29,289 nucleotides of DNA from a virus (taxonomy: Duplodnaviria; Caudoviricetes). The notes under the pieces are model-generated. The model saw only the letters and a list, made by a program, of their open reading frames with translations. It was not told where the DNA came from and made no database searches. The translations under genes were made by a program, and so were the position numbers. Below, piece after piece: positions 10,172 through 16,997 of this stretch. Every line of letters starts with the position of its first letter. Positions within the stretch are counted from its first letter, which is position 1. The stretch covers positions 1-29,289 of IMG/VR virus record IMGVR_UViG_3300047669_000697. One strand, given 5' to 3'.

Positions 10172-10397
10172 ATTGACCTTCTATTTTTATATTTATAATT
10201 TTAATTTGAACCTCTCCTTCTTTTTTGCCTATTTGCCTAAATAATTTAGATTTTATATGATTAAATACTTCATCTTTATCTTTAGATAAAGCAAAAGTAT
10301 CTATAAATCCATTTTTTATTTGTGTTCTTATGTAGTTACTTCTGCTATTATTTCTATATTCAAAATCAACTTGCACTCTATAAATTGGCTTTTTCAT
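10152..10397 (-). CDS. Hypothetical protein (81 aa)
   Basis: ATG with A-rich leader; overlaps the downstream gene. Confidence 0.7.
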   Translation of the reverse strand: MKKPIYRVQVDFEYRNNSRSNYIRTQIKNGFIDTFALSKDKDEVFNHIKSKLFRQIGKKEGEVQIKIINIKIEGQYGETNR

Positions 10398-10406
10398 TTA
10401 ATTTGT

Positions 10407-10414
10407 CAAAGTTA
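10407..10414 (-). promoter_or_regulatory. Possible Bacteroidota -7 promoter element TAACTTTG
   Basis: Perfect TAnnTTTG in a short intergenic gap just upstream of ATG 10397. No matching -33 TTTG seen. Confidence 0.35.
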
Positions 10415-10420
10415 ATAAAA

Positions 10421-11551
10421 TTATTTTAATAAGTTGTTTATGACTGCTTGTATAACATTTACTGTTATCGTGTTACCAAGTTGTTTGTATCTTTGAGTAT
10501 CACTAACTCCAGATGTAAAGTTGTCTGGAAACCCTTGTAACCTTTCAGCTTCAATAGGAGTTAATCTTCTTATATGACCTGTGTTTTTATGTATTCTATT
10601 TACAGAACTTAAAAATTCAGATGATGAGCCTGCTCTATTTCCGGTAGCTTCAGTTAAACAACACATTACTTCTACAGCTTGAGCATTTCCTGTATCTAAG
10701 CAATATGAAGTGCCATCTTCTTTTTGTAATCTTCCTGTTCCTCCTTTACCTGTTTTACTAGTTCTTGGATATAAACTATGAGAAATTACTCTATCATCTT
10801 TAAAACAAGGAGTATCTCCACCTACTTTTAAAGTTTTACAAATTCCATCAATTTTCATTGGTTTTCTTTCCATAAATTTACTTTTATATATACCATCTAC
10901 CATTCTTTGACTTAAAAAGAATTTTTTTTCTACAACTTTCTCTAAAATGTCCTTGAGTTTTACTTTTAAAGGCATTGGAGAAGGAAATCTAAAATCATTA
11001 TCTTCATCATCTCTTATTCCCACTATAAATATTCTTTCTCTATTTTGTGGAACTCCAAAGTTTTTGGTGTTTAATACTTGATAATGTATATTATAACCTA
11101 AATTATCAAAAGGCATTATTGAATATTGATTATTTTCTGTTTTAGCAACACAATCTATTATTGTTCTAAAAGTTTTACCATTATCGTGGCTTAATAATCC
11201 TTTAACATTTTCACCAATAAAATATCTAGGTTTGTGTTCTCTTAAATATCTTAAAGCATCATAAAATAAAGTACCTCTAGTGTCATCAAATCCACCTCTT
11301 CTACCTGCCATACTAAATGCTTGACAAGGGAATCCAAAAACTAATAAATCTACAGCAGGTGCTTTTTTCATATCTAATTTAGTTACATCTTCATACATAT
11401 AATCAGGACTAAAGTTTTTTAAATATGTTTCTCTAGCAAACTTATCTATTTCACAAGCAAATTTTACATCATGATCTACCCCTAAATTTATCATAGCTTG
11501 TTCAGGGCTTCCTATACCACTAAAAAAAGTTCCAATTTTTATTTTATTCAT
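10421..11551 (-). CDS. DNA (cytosine-5)-methyltransferase (orphan)
   Basis: Motif I FSGIG, IV GFPCQAFS, VI ENVKGL, VIII PQNRERIF, IX RRLTPIEAERLQGFPD, X YKQLGN. No cognate endonuclease nearby. Confidence 0.97.
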   Translation of the reverse strand: MNKIKIGTFFSGIGSPEQAMINLGVDHDVKFACEIDKFARETYLKNFSPDYMYEDVTKLDMKKAPAVDLLVFGFPCQAFSMAGRRGGFDDTRGTLFYDALRYLREHKPRYFIGENVKGLLSHDNGKTFRTIIDCVAKTENNQYSIMPFDNLGYNIHYQVLNTKNFGVPQNRERIFIVGIRDDEDNDFRFPSPMPLKVKLKDILEKVVEKKFFLSQRMVDGIYKSKFMERKPMKIDGICKTLKVGGDTPCFKDDRVISHSLYPRTSKTGKGGTGRLQKEDGTSYCLDTGNAQAVEVMCCLTEATGNRAGSSSEFLSSVNRIHKNTGHIRRLTPIEAERLQGFPDNFTSGVSDTQRYKQLGNTITVNVIQAVINNLLK

Positions 11552-11552
11552 A

Positions 11553-13259
11553 TTACAATATATTTTTTTGACTATTTTTTAAATAAGATTTATCATCTAG
11601 CTTTTCTCCTATCTCACTATATCTTCCATTTTGTATGTTGTATTTAAACTGAGCTTCTCCTAATTCTCCTATATGCCTAAACTTAATTTTTTGAACATAA
11701 ATATTTGTTAAATCATTTCCAAAATCTCTATAAACAGTTATACCATTATCTACTTGATTGTAAAAATTTGCAGAACCAGCTACATCATATAAACTTGGCA
11801 CTTCGTACATACCATTATCTTTCTTTTGCATTTTTCTTGGATGAGCAACTAAAAATATATGTATGTCATATTTTTGTTTAAATATTGTAAGTTTAGTTAA
11901 AAATTTATTTATAAAATTAGTTTCGTTTTGACCTCCTATATTAGCATCAATTTTATTATAAGGATCAATAATTAAAGCTTTTATACCATGCCTTCTTATT
12001 AAACCTTTAGCAGTTTCTAATATAGCATCTATTGTATAAACATCTCCATCTGGTCTTATCCAATGATAATGTTCTGATATAAAGTTTTTAGCAATATTTA
12101 ATTCATTTTTAGTCATCCTATCATATCTAGTTATTTTCCTAAATGATTTTCCTATAAGTTTTTCTGCCAATACTGAAAAATGTAATTGTAAAGGATAGTG
12201 TTCAGGACTAAAAACCCCAAACTTCCATCCATGCTGTGCAGATAATCTTAATGAAATATGTTCTAAAAAATTACTTTTTCCATGAGTAGGTATTCCTGTA
12301 ATAACAGTTAATTGTGAAGAAGCAAAACTAAATAAATTATCAAATGTTTTATGACCAATAGTAGCACCTCTTTGTAATCCATTCTCATACAATGTGTCAA
12401 TATCTACATCAAAATCATTTACATTTAACACTCCTTCCAATGGATAGCTTTGTGAGTTGTCTATACAATATTTTACAGCATCTTTATCATAGTTTATTAA
12501 TACATCATTTATATCTTTACATCCTTCAGGATAAAAAACTCTATAACATATATCTCTACCTATTCTTCTTGATAGCTCTTCTTGTAATTTTTTTCCAGGC
12601 TCATCATTATCTACAGCTAAATAAACTTTATCTAATCCTTCAGGAAAATCTTTTAAATAATCCATTTTTAAATTTGAAGCACCATTGGGAACTGAAACAC
12701 AATTCTTATAACCAGCTTCATAAAATGCTAGTTTGTCCATTTCACCTTCTACAATAATTACACTTTTCTTACCTAGCAAATCATCTAAACCATACATAAT
12801 TCTTTCTGCATCTTTAACTAATTTAAAGTTTTTAGCACCATCCCTATACTTCACATTAATTAATTGACTATTTCTAAAATACTTAAATTGTACGGTAGTT
12901 GTTTCTTTACCTACTTGTGGCATATATTCTTTACCCTCTGCAATTCTATTTTTCAACATAGTTTCTGAAGAAATACCTCTATCTAAAAACCATTTAATTA
13001 AATTTTTTGAATAAACCTGATTTACATTTTTTTCTTTTGGTATTATAAAAGGTTTTTCATCCATAAATTTATTTTGTTTTTTTAATCCTCCATTCCATCC
13101 ACAATTATGACAATTCCAAATGCCATCATCTATATTTACAGATAGACAAGGATCAGCCTTTTTCTTTCTGTCATGTGAACATTTAGGACATTTTGTCTTT
13201 ACTTGTCCTGTTGCCTTTTTAAGCTCTATGCCGTAATCATTAAATGTCATCTTCATCAT
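11553..13259 (-). CDS. Bifunctional primase-helicase (T7 gp4/Twinkle-like: Zn finger + TOPRIM + SF4 helicase)
   Basis: CPKC...CHNC Zn finger; TOPRIM IVEGEMD and AVDNDEPG; Walker A GIPTHGKS, Walker B IIDPY, VAHPRK. The real start may be the third Met (13250). Confidence 0.95.
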   Translation of the reverse strand: MMKMTFNDYGIELKKATGQVKTKCPKCSHDRKKKADPCLSVNIDDGIWNCHNCGWNGGLKKQNKFMDEKPFIIPKEKNVNQVYSKNLIKWFLDRGISSETMLKNRIAEGKEYMPQVGKETTTVQFKYFRNSQLINVKYRDGAKNFKLVKDAERIMYGLDDLLGKKSVIIVEGEMDKLAFYEAGYKNCVSVPNGASNLKMDYLKDFPEGLDKVYLAVDNDEPGKKLQEELSRRIGRDICYRVFYPEGCKDINDVLINYDKDAVKYCIDNSQSYPLEGVLNVNDFDVDIDTLYENGLQRGATIGHKTFDNLFSFASSQLTVITGIPTHGKSNFLEHISLRLSAQHGWKFGVFSPEHYPLQLHFSVLAEKLIGKSFRKITRYDRMTKNELNIAKNFISEHYHWIRPDGDVYTIDAILETAKGLIRRHGIKALIIDPYNKIDANIGGQNETNFINKFLTKLTIFKQKYDIHIFLVAHPRKMQKKDNGMYEVPSLYDVAGSANFYNQVDNGITVYRDFGNDLTNIYVQKIKFRHIGELGEAQFKYNIQNGRYSEIGEKLDDKSYLKNSQKNIL

Positions 13260-13377
13260 ATTCTAGTTCACAATCTTCACTACAAAATACTTCACATTTA
13301 TCTATATGACAAAAACAATTTAAACACTCATCATCTTCAATTATAACTTCTTTGGGATATAGTTCTATAATATTCAT
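13240..13377 (-). CDS. Acidic treble-clef-type Zn-finger microprotein (45 aa; not in ORF track)
   Basis: MNIIELYPKEVIIEDDECLNCFCHIDKCEVFCSEDCELEYDEDDI. It starts just after the initiator stop codon and overlaps the primase start. Confidence 0.7.
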   Translation of the reverse strand: MNIIELYPKEVIIEDDECLNCFCHIDKCEVFCSEDCELEYDEDDI

Positions 13378-13378
13378 A

Positions 13379-14011
13379 TTAAAATACCATATTATTAAAT
13401 TTACCACCTGTAAAACCCTCTTTTAAATCATTATTAATCTCATCATCCCAACACTCTTGATTTAACCAAGTGCTTGGATGTTTTTTAAACTTAACATCTT
13501 TAACAGATGCAGTATATTCTTTTGCAGCAACAACACATTTTTTACAAATGTTTAAATTTAATTTAATAAACTTATCATAACATAACTTTCTGCTTTTCTT
13601 GACATTATAAGCTTCCCAAAACTCATTAAATAACAATATCTTTTCATTCTTAGTATTATCCTTAACATTTTTGCGGAGGGGGGTGTCGCATTTTTGTGGA
13701 GGGGGTGAAGATATAGATTTTGGTATTTTTTGAGTTAAAGAAATAACTCTCTGATCTACATTTTTAACATCATCTTTTATTAAATATATTTTAATAAATT
13801 TATGTAATGATAAATTCGCTAAATTTCTACTAATGCTCTTAGGGTTTCTATCAAATAATTTACCGAAGTAAGCATTAGATGCCCAGCAATAGCCTTTATA
13901 GTTCGTTAGGCAGGTTATTTCTGCATAAAGCAATCTTTCCATAGGACATAACTTTTTACTGTATCTAACATCTGATGGAATAATTGCGTAATAGTTTGGT
14001 TTTTCGTTCAT
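13379..14011 (-). CDS. Phage replication initiator / replisome organiser (N-terminal HTH_36-like domain)
   Basis: YYAIIPSDVRY..L...ERLLYAEI..L...GYCWASNAYF N-terminus; C-terminal FNEFWEAY...KHPSTWLNQECWDDE. Upstream of the helicase. Confidence 0.88.
   Translation of the reverse strand: MNEKPNYYAIIPSDVRYSKKLCPMERLLYAEITCLTNYKGYCWASNAYFGKLFDRNPKSISRNLANLSLHKFIKIYLIKDDVKNVDQRVISLTQKIPKSISSPPPQKCDTPLRKNVKDNTKNEKILLFNEFWEAYNVKKSRKLCYDKFIKLNLNICKKCVVAAKEYTASVKDVKFKKHPSTWLNQECWDDEINNDLKEGFTGGKFNNMVF
13666..13707. repeat. Iteron-like direct repeats inside the initiator gene (candidate origin)
   Basis: CATTTTTGCGGAGGGGGGTG (13666-13685) and CATTTTTGTGGAGGGGGTG (13689-13707), 23-bp offset. A G-rich island in the interdomain linker. 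Confidence 0.65.
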
Positions 14012-14029
14012 AGTTTTGTTTTGTTAGTT

Positions 14030-14114
14030 AAAAAAAGAGGGGAGCTAAACATTTAATATTAAAGGACATTCTTTAAACATCCATTAAATTATTGGCATAA
14101 TTGCCACTCCCCTC
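14030..14114 (-). terminator. Terminator-like stem with a large structured loop (possible attenuator/structured RNA)
   Basis: Minus strand: GAGGGGAG (14114-14107) pairs with CTCCCCTC (14044-14037), followed by T7. Internal hairpins TGGCA-ATTA-TGCCA and GGATGTT-TAAAG-AATGTCC. Confidence 0.6.
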
Positions 14115-14121
14115 AATTTAT

Positions 14122-14406
14122 TTAAAATGGTAAATCATCTTCTTCTTGAACGACAGCTTTCTTCTTAGAAGGTTGTCCTGCACCTTTAGTTGGTTTCCAG
14201 GTGTCCACATAAGAATAATGAGTTATACCTGTATCAGAAGGTTCTTTTCTTCTAGTAACAATAAGATTTACCCATCCATTGTCATCTAATTCTTTTAATT
14301 GAGTTACAAAATCTTCAGTTTTAATACTTAACTTTAGTTGATTACCTCCATTATCAAATGTTTTTTCTTTGATAATCATTCCATTTACATACTGTTTATC
14401 TGCCAT
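14122..14406 (-). CDS. Single-stranded DNA-binding protein (small phage type)
   Basis: Beta-rich ~70-aa core with aromatic residues, flexible linker and acidic C-terminal tail EEDDLPF. Located in the replication arm. Confidence 0.7.
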   Translation of the reverse strand: MADKQYVNGMIIKEKTFDNGGNQLKLSIKTEDFVTQLKELDDNGWVNLIVTRRKEPSDTGITHYSYVDTWKPTKGAGQPSKKKAVVQEEDDLPF

Positions 14407-14425
14407 ATTTTTGTTGTTTAATTGT

Positions 14426-14454
14426 TGAAACTATTTAGGTCGTTTCATTAACCT
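14426..14454 (-). promoter_or_regulatory. H-type RNA pseudoknot in the SSB leader
   Basis: Minus strand AGGUU-AA-UGAAAC-GACCU-AAAUA-GUUUCA: S1 AGGUU/GACCU, S2 UGAAAC/GUUUCA. A 19-nt A-rich spacer separates it from the AUG. Confidence 0.65.
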
Positions 14455-14459
14455 GATTG

Positions 14460-14849
14460 TTACAATAAATCTACTTTTATAGATTCTATTGATGTTTGAA
14501 GTTCTCTTATCTGTCTAGCCATAGCTTGTACTTTAGCTTTCCTATATCCTGTGTTATATTCATCAAGAACACTTTGATAAAACTCTCTATATTCCTCATA
14601 GTATTTCATATTCCATTCATGATCAGTAACATATTTTAATATAGTTGCGTGATGCCTTCCAACTATTTCAGCTGTTCTTTGAGAAGTACATCCATTATCT
14701 CTTAAAAAATAACCTAATACACTACGAGCTAAAGCTTTTGGTCTTTTCCTATCTTTACCACTTATTATCTTTCTATCTATTCCAGAAACTAATTCTACTA
14801 TCTCAACTATTGCAGACTCTGTACTATTCAACTTTAAATTCTTCATCAC
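14460..14849 (-). CDS. Stand-alone DnaA domain IV-like (Bac_DnaA_C) HTH protein with C-terminal coiled coil
   Basis: I.GKDRKRPKALARSVLGYFLR....SQRTAEIVGRHHATIL resembles DnaA domain IV (R..AR.IAMYL.R...IG..FGGRDHTTV). Confidence 0.75.
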   Translation of the reverse strand: MMKNLKLNSTESAIVEIVELVSGIDRKIISGKDRKRPKALARSVLGYFLRDNGCTSQRTAEIVGRHHATILKYVTDHEWNMKYYEEYREFYQSVLDEYNTGYRKAKVQAMARQIRELQTSIESIKVDLL

Positions 14850-15354
14850 TTAATTTTTTTGCTTTTATTAATAATAATTTTAATTCTTTTTCATCTAGTT
14901 TTTCTTCAAGATATTTTAAAGCTTTTAGAAATCTTTTTTTATTATCTATTATTTCCATAAATAATTCTTCTTCATTATCTAAAACTTCAGATATACTTAT
15001 GTCTACTTTTCTAAAACAAAGCTCTAAATATTTAGTCCTTATTGTTGATCTATGAATACTCTCTCCTAAGAAACCTAAAGCATCCCAACATACTCTTTCA
15101 GGATGATGATAAAAAACAGGGCTGTTGCACCAATACTCATTTGGTATTACCTTTAAGAAATCATAAAAGAAATCTATTGGTATTGTTGTTCCTATTGGTA
15201 TTGTTGTGGCAACACTTTTACTTGTTAGTGAAAAAAGCCTTCTAATATTCTTTAGGCTTGAATACTCCTGCTCTACACATTTCTTTAAATTGCTCTTGAG
15301 AGTCTGAAGGGCAGTTGTTCTCCCGTAAGTCTTTGATAATCTTTTCTGCTTCAT
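14824..15354 (-). CDS. Hypothetical protein, start uncertain
   Basis: Open frame filling 14824-15241. The only upstream ATG (15354) implies a 113-bp overlap with the neighbouring gene. Confidence 0.6.
   Translation of the reverse strand: MKQKRLSKTYGRTTALQTLKSNLKKCVEQEYSSLKNIRRLFSLTSKSVATTIPIGTTIPIDFFYDFLKVIPNEYWCNSPVFYHHPERVCWDALGFLGESIHRSTIRTKYLELCFRKVDISISEVLDNEEELFMEIIDNKKRFLKALKYLEEKLDEKELKLLLIKAKKLSDEEFKVE
15174..15207. repeat. Tandem 16-bp duplication with 18-bp period (encodes TTIPIG-TTIPID)
   Basis: CTATTGGTATTGTTGT at 15174-15189 and 15192-15207. Confidence 0.85.
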
Positions 15355-15490
15355 TATGTGTTAAATTGTTAAAATCAATGTTAAAGTATAAATAGTTACT
15401 TGCAGATGTTATCAAAAGCTGTTCAATAAATCCTATTTGCCACATAGAACATTCTTCATCATCTAAGACATCATCTATCCAATCTTTCAC
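15242..15490 (-). CDS. Hypothetical acidic protein (82 aa, GTG start)
   Basis: GTG immediately follows the upstream TAA; plausible helical protein. Confidence 0.7.
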   Translation of the reverse strand: MKDWIDDVLDDEECSMWQIGFIEQLLITSASNYLYFNIDFNNLTHNEAEKIIKDLRENNCPSDSQEQFKEMCRAGVFKPKEY

Positions 15491-15889
15491 TTATTTAGAT
15501 TTAAAGTCATCACTTTCATCCTCACCAAAGAATCCATTTTCATAAAAACCAGCTAACTTTAAAACAATTCTACTCATTGCCCTTTTTTCTGCCATAGCGA
15601 CTGGATATGCGTTCTTGTTGTTCTTAGGAGTTGCTTCACCAAAAGTTTGAATTATCTTATCTCCCATCTTCCCAATAGCTTTTATTAAGCAATGTGAATG
15701 ATCTTCAGACAAATTTACTAATTCATATTGAATTTCAATATTTTGAGCAGACATAATCTTATCTACACCTGCCCTAGTTATAATTGTGTAATGTGCGTGT
15801 TTAAAAACATCTTCTTTTACTAAATTGTTAGCTAGAAATAATCTTCTTAACACATCTTTTTTTGTTTCTGGAGTTTTATTATCTGACAT
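15491..15889 (-). CDS. Putative ssDNA-annealing recombinase (Rad52/Sak-like fold)
   Basis: C.IKA.G......TFGEA......YPVAMAEKRAMSR..L pattern typical of small phage annealing proteins; lies in the arm with SSB and RusA. Confidence 0.5.
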   Translation of the reverse strand: MSDNKTPETKKDVLRRLFLANNLVKEDVFKHAHYTIITRAGVDKIMSAQNIEIQYELVNLSEDHSHCLIKAIGKMGDKIIQTFGEATPKNNKNAYPVAMAEKRAMSRIVLKLAGFYENGFFGEDESDDFKSK

Positions 15890-16064
15890 TTTTTTCTTTT
15901 TTTAATTTATTACTAGTTTTATTTTCTGATGATGCTTTATATAGTTTCTTAAATATATTTTCAGTTCCCATATATTGTGCTAACTGATACATTTCTGAAT
16001 AATATTTTTCAAAATCATCTTTCTCTTGTTCTTGTTCCATAAAAATTTCTTTCATTTTTCCCAT
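15879..16064 (-). CDS. Hypothetical protein (61 aa)
   Basis: ATG with A/T-rich leader; overlaps the downstream start. Confidence 0.7.
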   Translation of the reverse strand: MGKMKEIFMEQEQEKDDFEKYYSEMYQLAQYMGTENIFKKLYKASSENKTSNKLKKEKNVR

Positions 16065-16080
16065 AAATTATTTTATTAAA

Positions 16081-16230
16081 TTAGTTAATTTGATTAAAGT
16101 GTATTAGAGATTTCTTGCGTTCTTCATTATTTTTTTTGGCATTATCTTTTGCCATTGCTATAGTACCGCTGAAAAATCCAAATCCATAAGCTATTATTAT
16201 ACTGCATACAGTTAAAATTGTTGTTGCCAT
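16081..16230 (-). CDS. Small single-pass membrane protein (49 aa; not in ORF track)
   Basis: MATTILTVCSIIIAYGFGFFSGTIAMAKDNAKKNNEERKKSLIHFNQIN: N-terminal hydrophobic helix plus charged tail. Fills the gap; A-rich leader. Confidence 0.7.
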   Translation of the reverse strand: MATTILTVCSIIIAYGFGFFSGTIAMAKDNAKKNNEERKKSLIHFNQIN

Positions 16231-16252
16231 ATTATTATTTTTAAATTATTAA

Positions 16253-16534
16253 TTAAACTCTTTCATCACTATCTGCTCTATAACAATTCTTAGAGCAATA
16301 TCTAGTATCTTCATCTAATTCATCTCCACAAAAAGTACATTTATATACTTTTTCTACTAAATCTCTATCATCTAACCATTCTTCACAATCATCACATATA
16401 TATCCTTCTGGTTCTGTATGATCATGACAAGAATAGCATAATCCACTTTCTGATATTTTTGCTTCACAACACGCACTTACAGTGTCTGGCTCGTACCCCG
16501 CATTACAGCAAGGAGTTGCTAGTTTATCACTCAT
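16253..16534 (-). CDS. Multi-Zn-ribbon acidic protein (12 Cys in 93 aa)
   Basis: PCC, ACC, CYSC, CDDC, CTFC and YCSKNC clusters. Confidence 0.75.
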   Translation of the reverse strand: MSDKLATPCCNAGYEPDTVSACCEAKISESGLCYSCHDHTEPEGYICDDCEEWLDDRDLVEKVYKCTFCGDELDEDTRYCSKNCYRADSDERV

Positions 16535-16535
16535 A

Positions 16536-16874
16536 TTAAAAGTTTACGATTATTTGTTTATTCTTTATATCTACATATAAATCCATAGGCTGAATACAAT
16601 CACCCCATTGTATGTTTGATGAATCAGATTTTAAAGACCATCCTTCATCTTCTGAATCTATTTCTTGTCTGTCTTTTTCAAAAACAGCTTCATCATCTTC
16701 AAAAACTACACCTATAACTCTTGTAGCATACACACCAACTTCTTTAATATACTCTCCCCTAAACTCTGCATAATACTGCCATTCTACATTAAAAGCTCCT
16801 TCCATAGAGCAATCATCTACTAAACCTCTGTGTACTGTAACATCATATTGGGCAATTTTTGTTGTGAAATCCAT
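16536..16874 (-). CDS. Acidic hypothetical protein, first gene of the leftward arm
   Basis: ATG preceded by CAAAACAAAACAAA; 112 aa, D/E-rich. Confidence 0.75.
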   Translation of the reverse strand: MDFTTKIAQYDVTVHRGLVDDCSMEGAFNVEWQYYAEFRGEYIKEVGVYATRVIGVVFEDDEAVFEKDRQEIDSEDEGWSLKSDSSNIQWGDCIQPMDLYVDIKNKQIIVNF

Positions 16875-16897
16875 TTTGTTTTGTTTTGATTAGAATA

Positions 16898-16929
16898 CAA
16901 TGTAATGGTTAATATTTTACAATACCAAA
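16898..16929 (-). promoter_or_regulatory. Putative leftward (early) host-type promoter TTTG-N21-TACATTG
   Basis: Minus strand TTTG (16929-16926), 21 nt, TACATTG (16904-16898). Close to the Bacteroidota -33 TTTG / -7 TAnnTTTG consensus, with the -7 box one T short. Confidence 0.55.
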
Positions 16930-16950
16930 TTATATTGCATAAATCTTTAT

Positions 16951-16993
16951 TCCACTAAGTTCCACAATACATAAAATACATTGCGTTATATTG
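16951..16993 (+). promoter_or_regulatory. Putative rightward (late) promoter: two interleaved TCCAC-N21-TAYATTG units
   Basis: TCCAC 16951-16955 with TACATTG 16977-16983; TCCAC 16961-16965 with TATATTG 16987-16993; ATG at 16998. Confidence 0.55.
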
Positions 16994-16997
16994 TAGT

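Noticed and set aside
10421-11551. Complete restriction-modification system
   Set aside because: No recognisable endonuclease is adjacent; orphan methylases are common in phages.
14426-14454. preQ1-I riboswitch
   Set aside because: Similar size and topology, but it lacks the conserved loop residues and long A-rich tail, and the downstream gene is an SSB rather than a queuosine gene.
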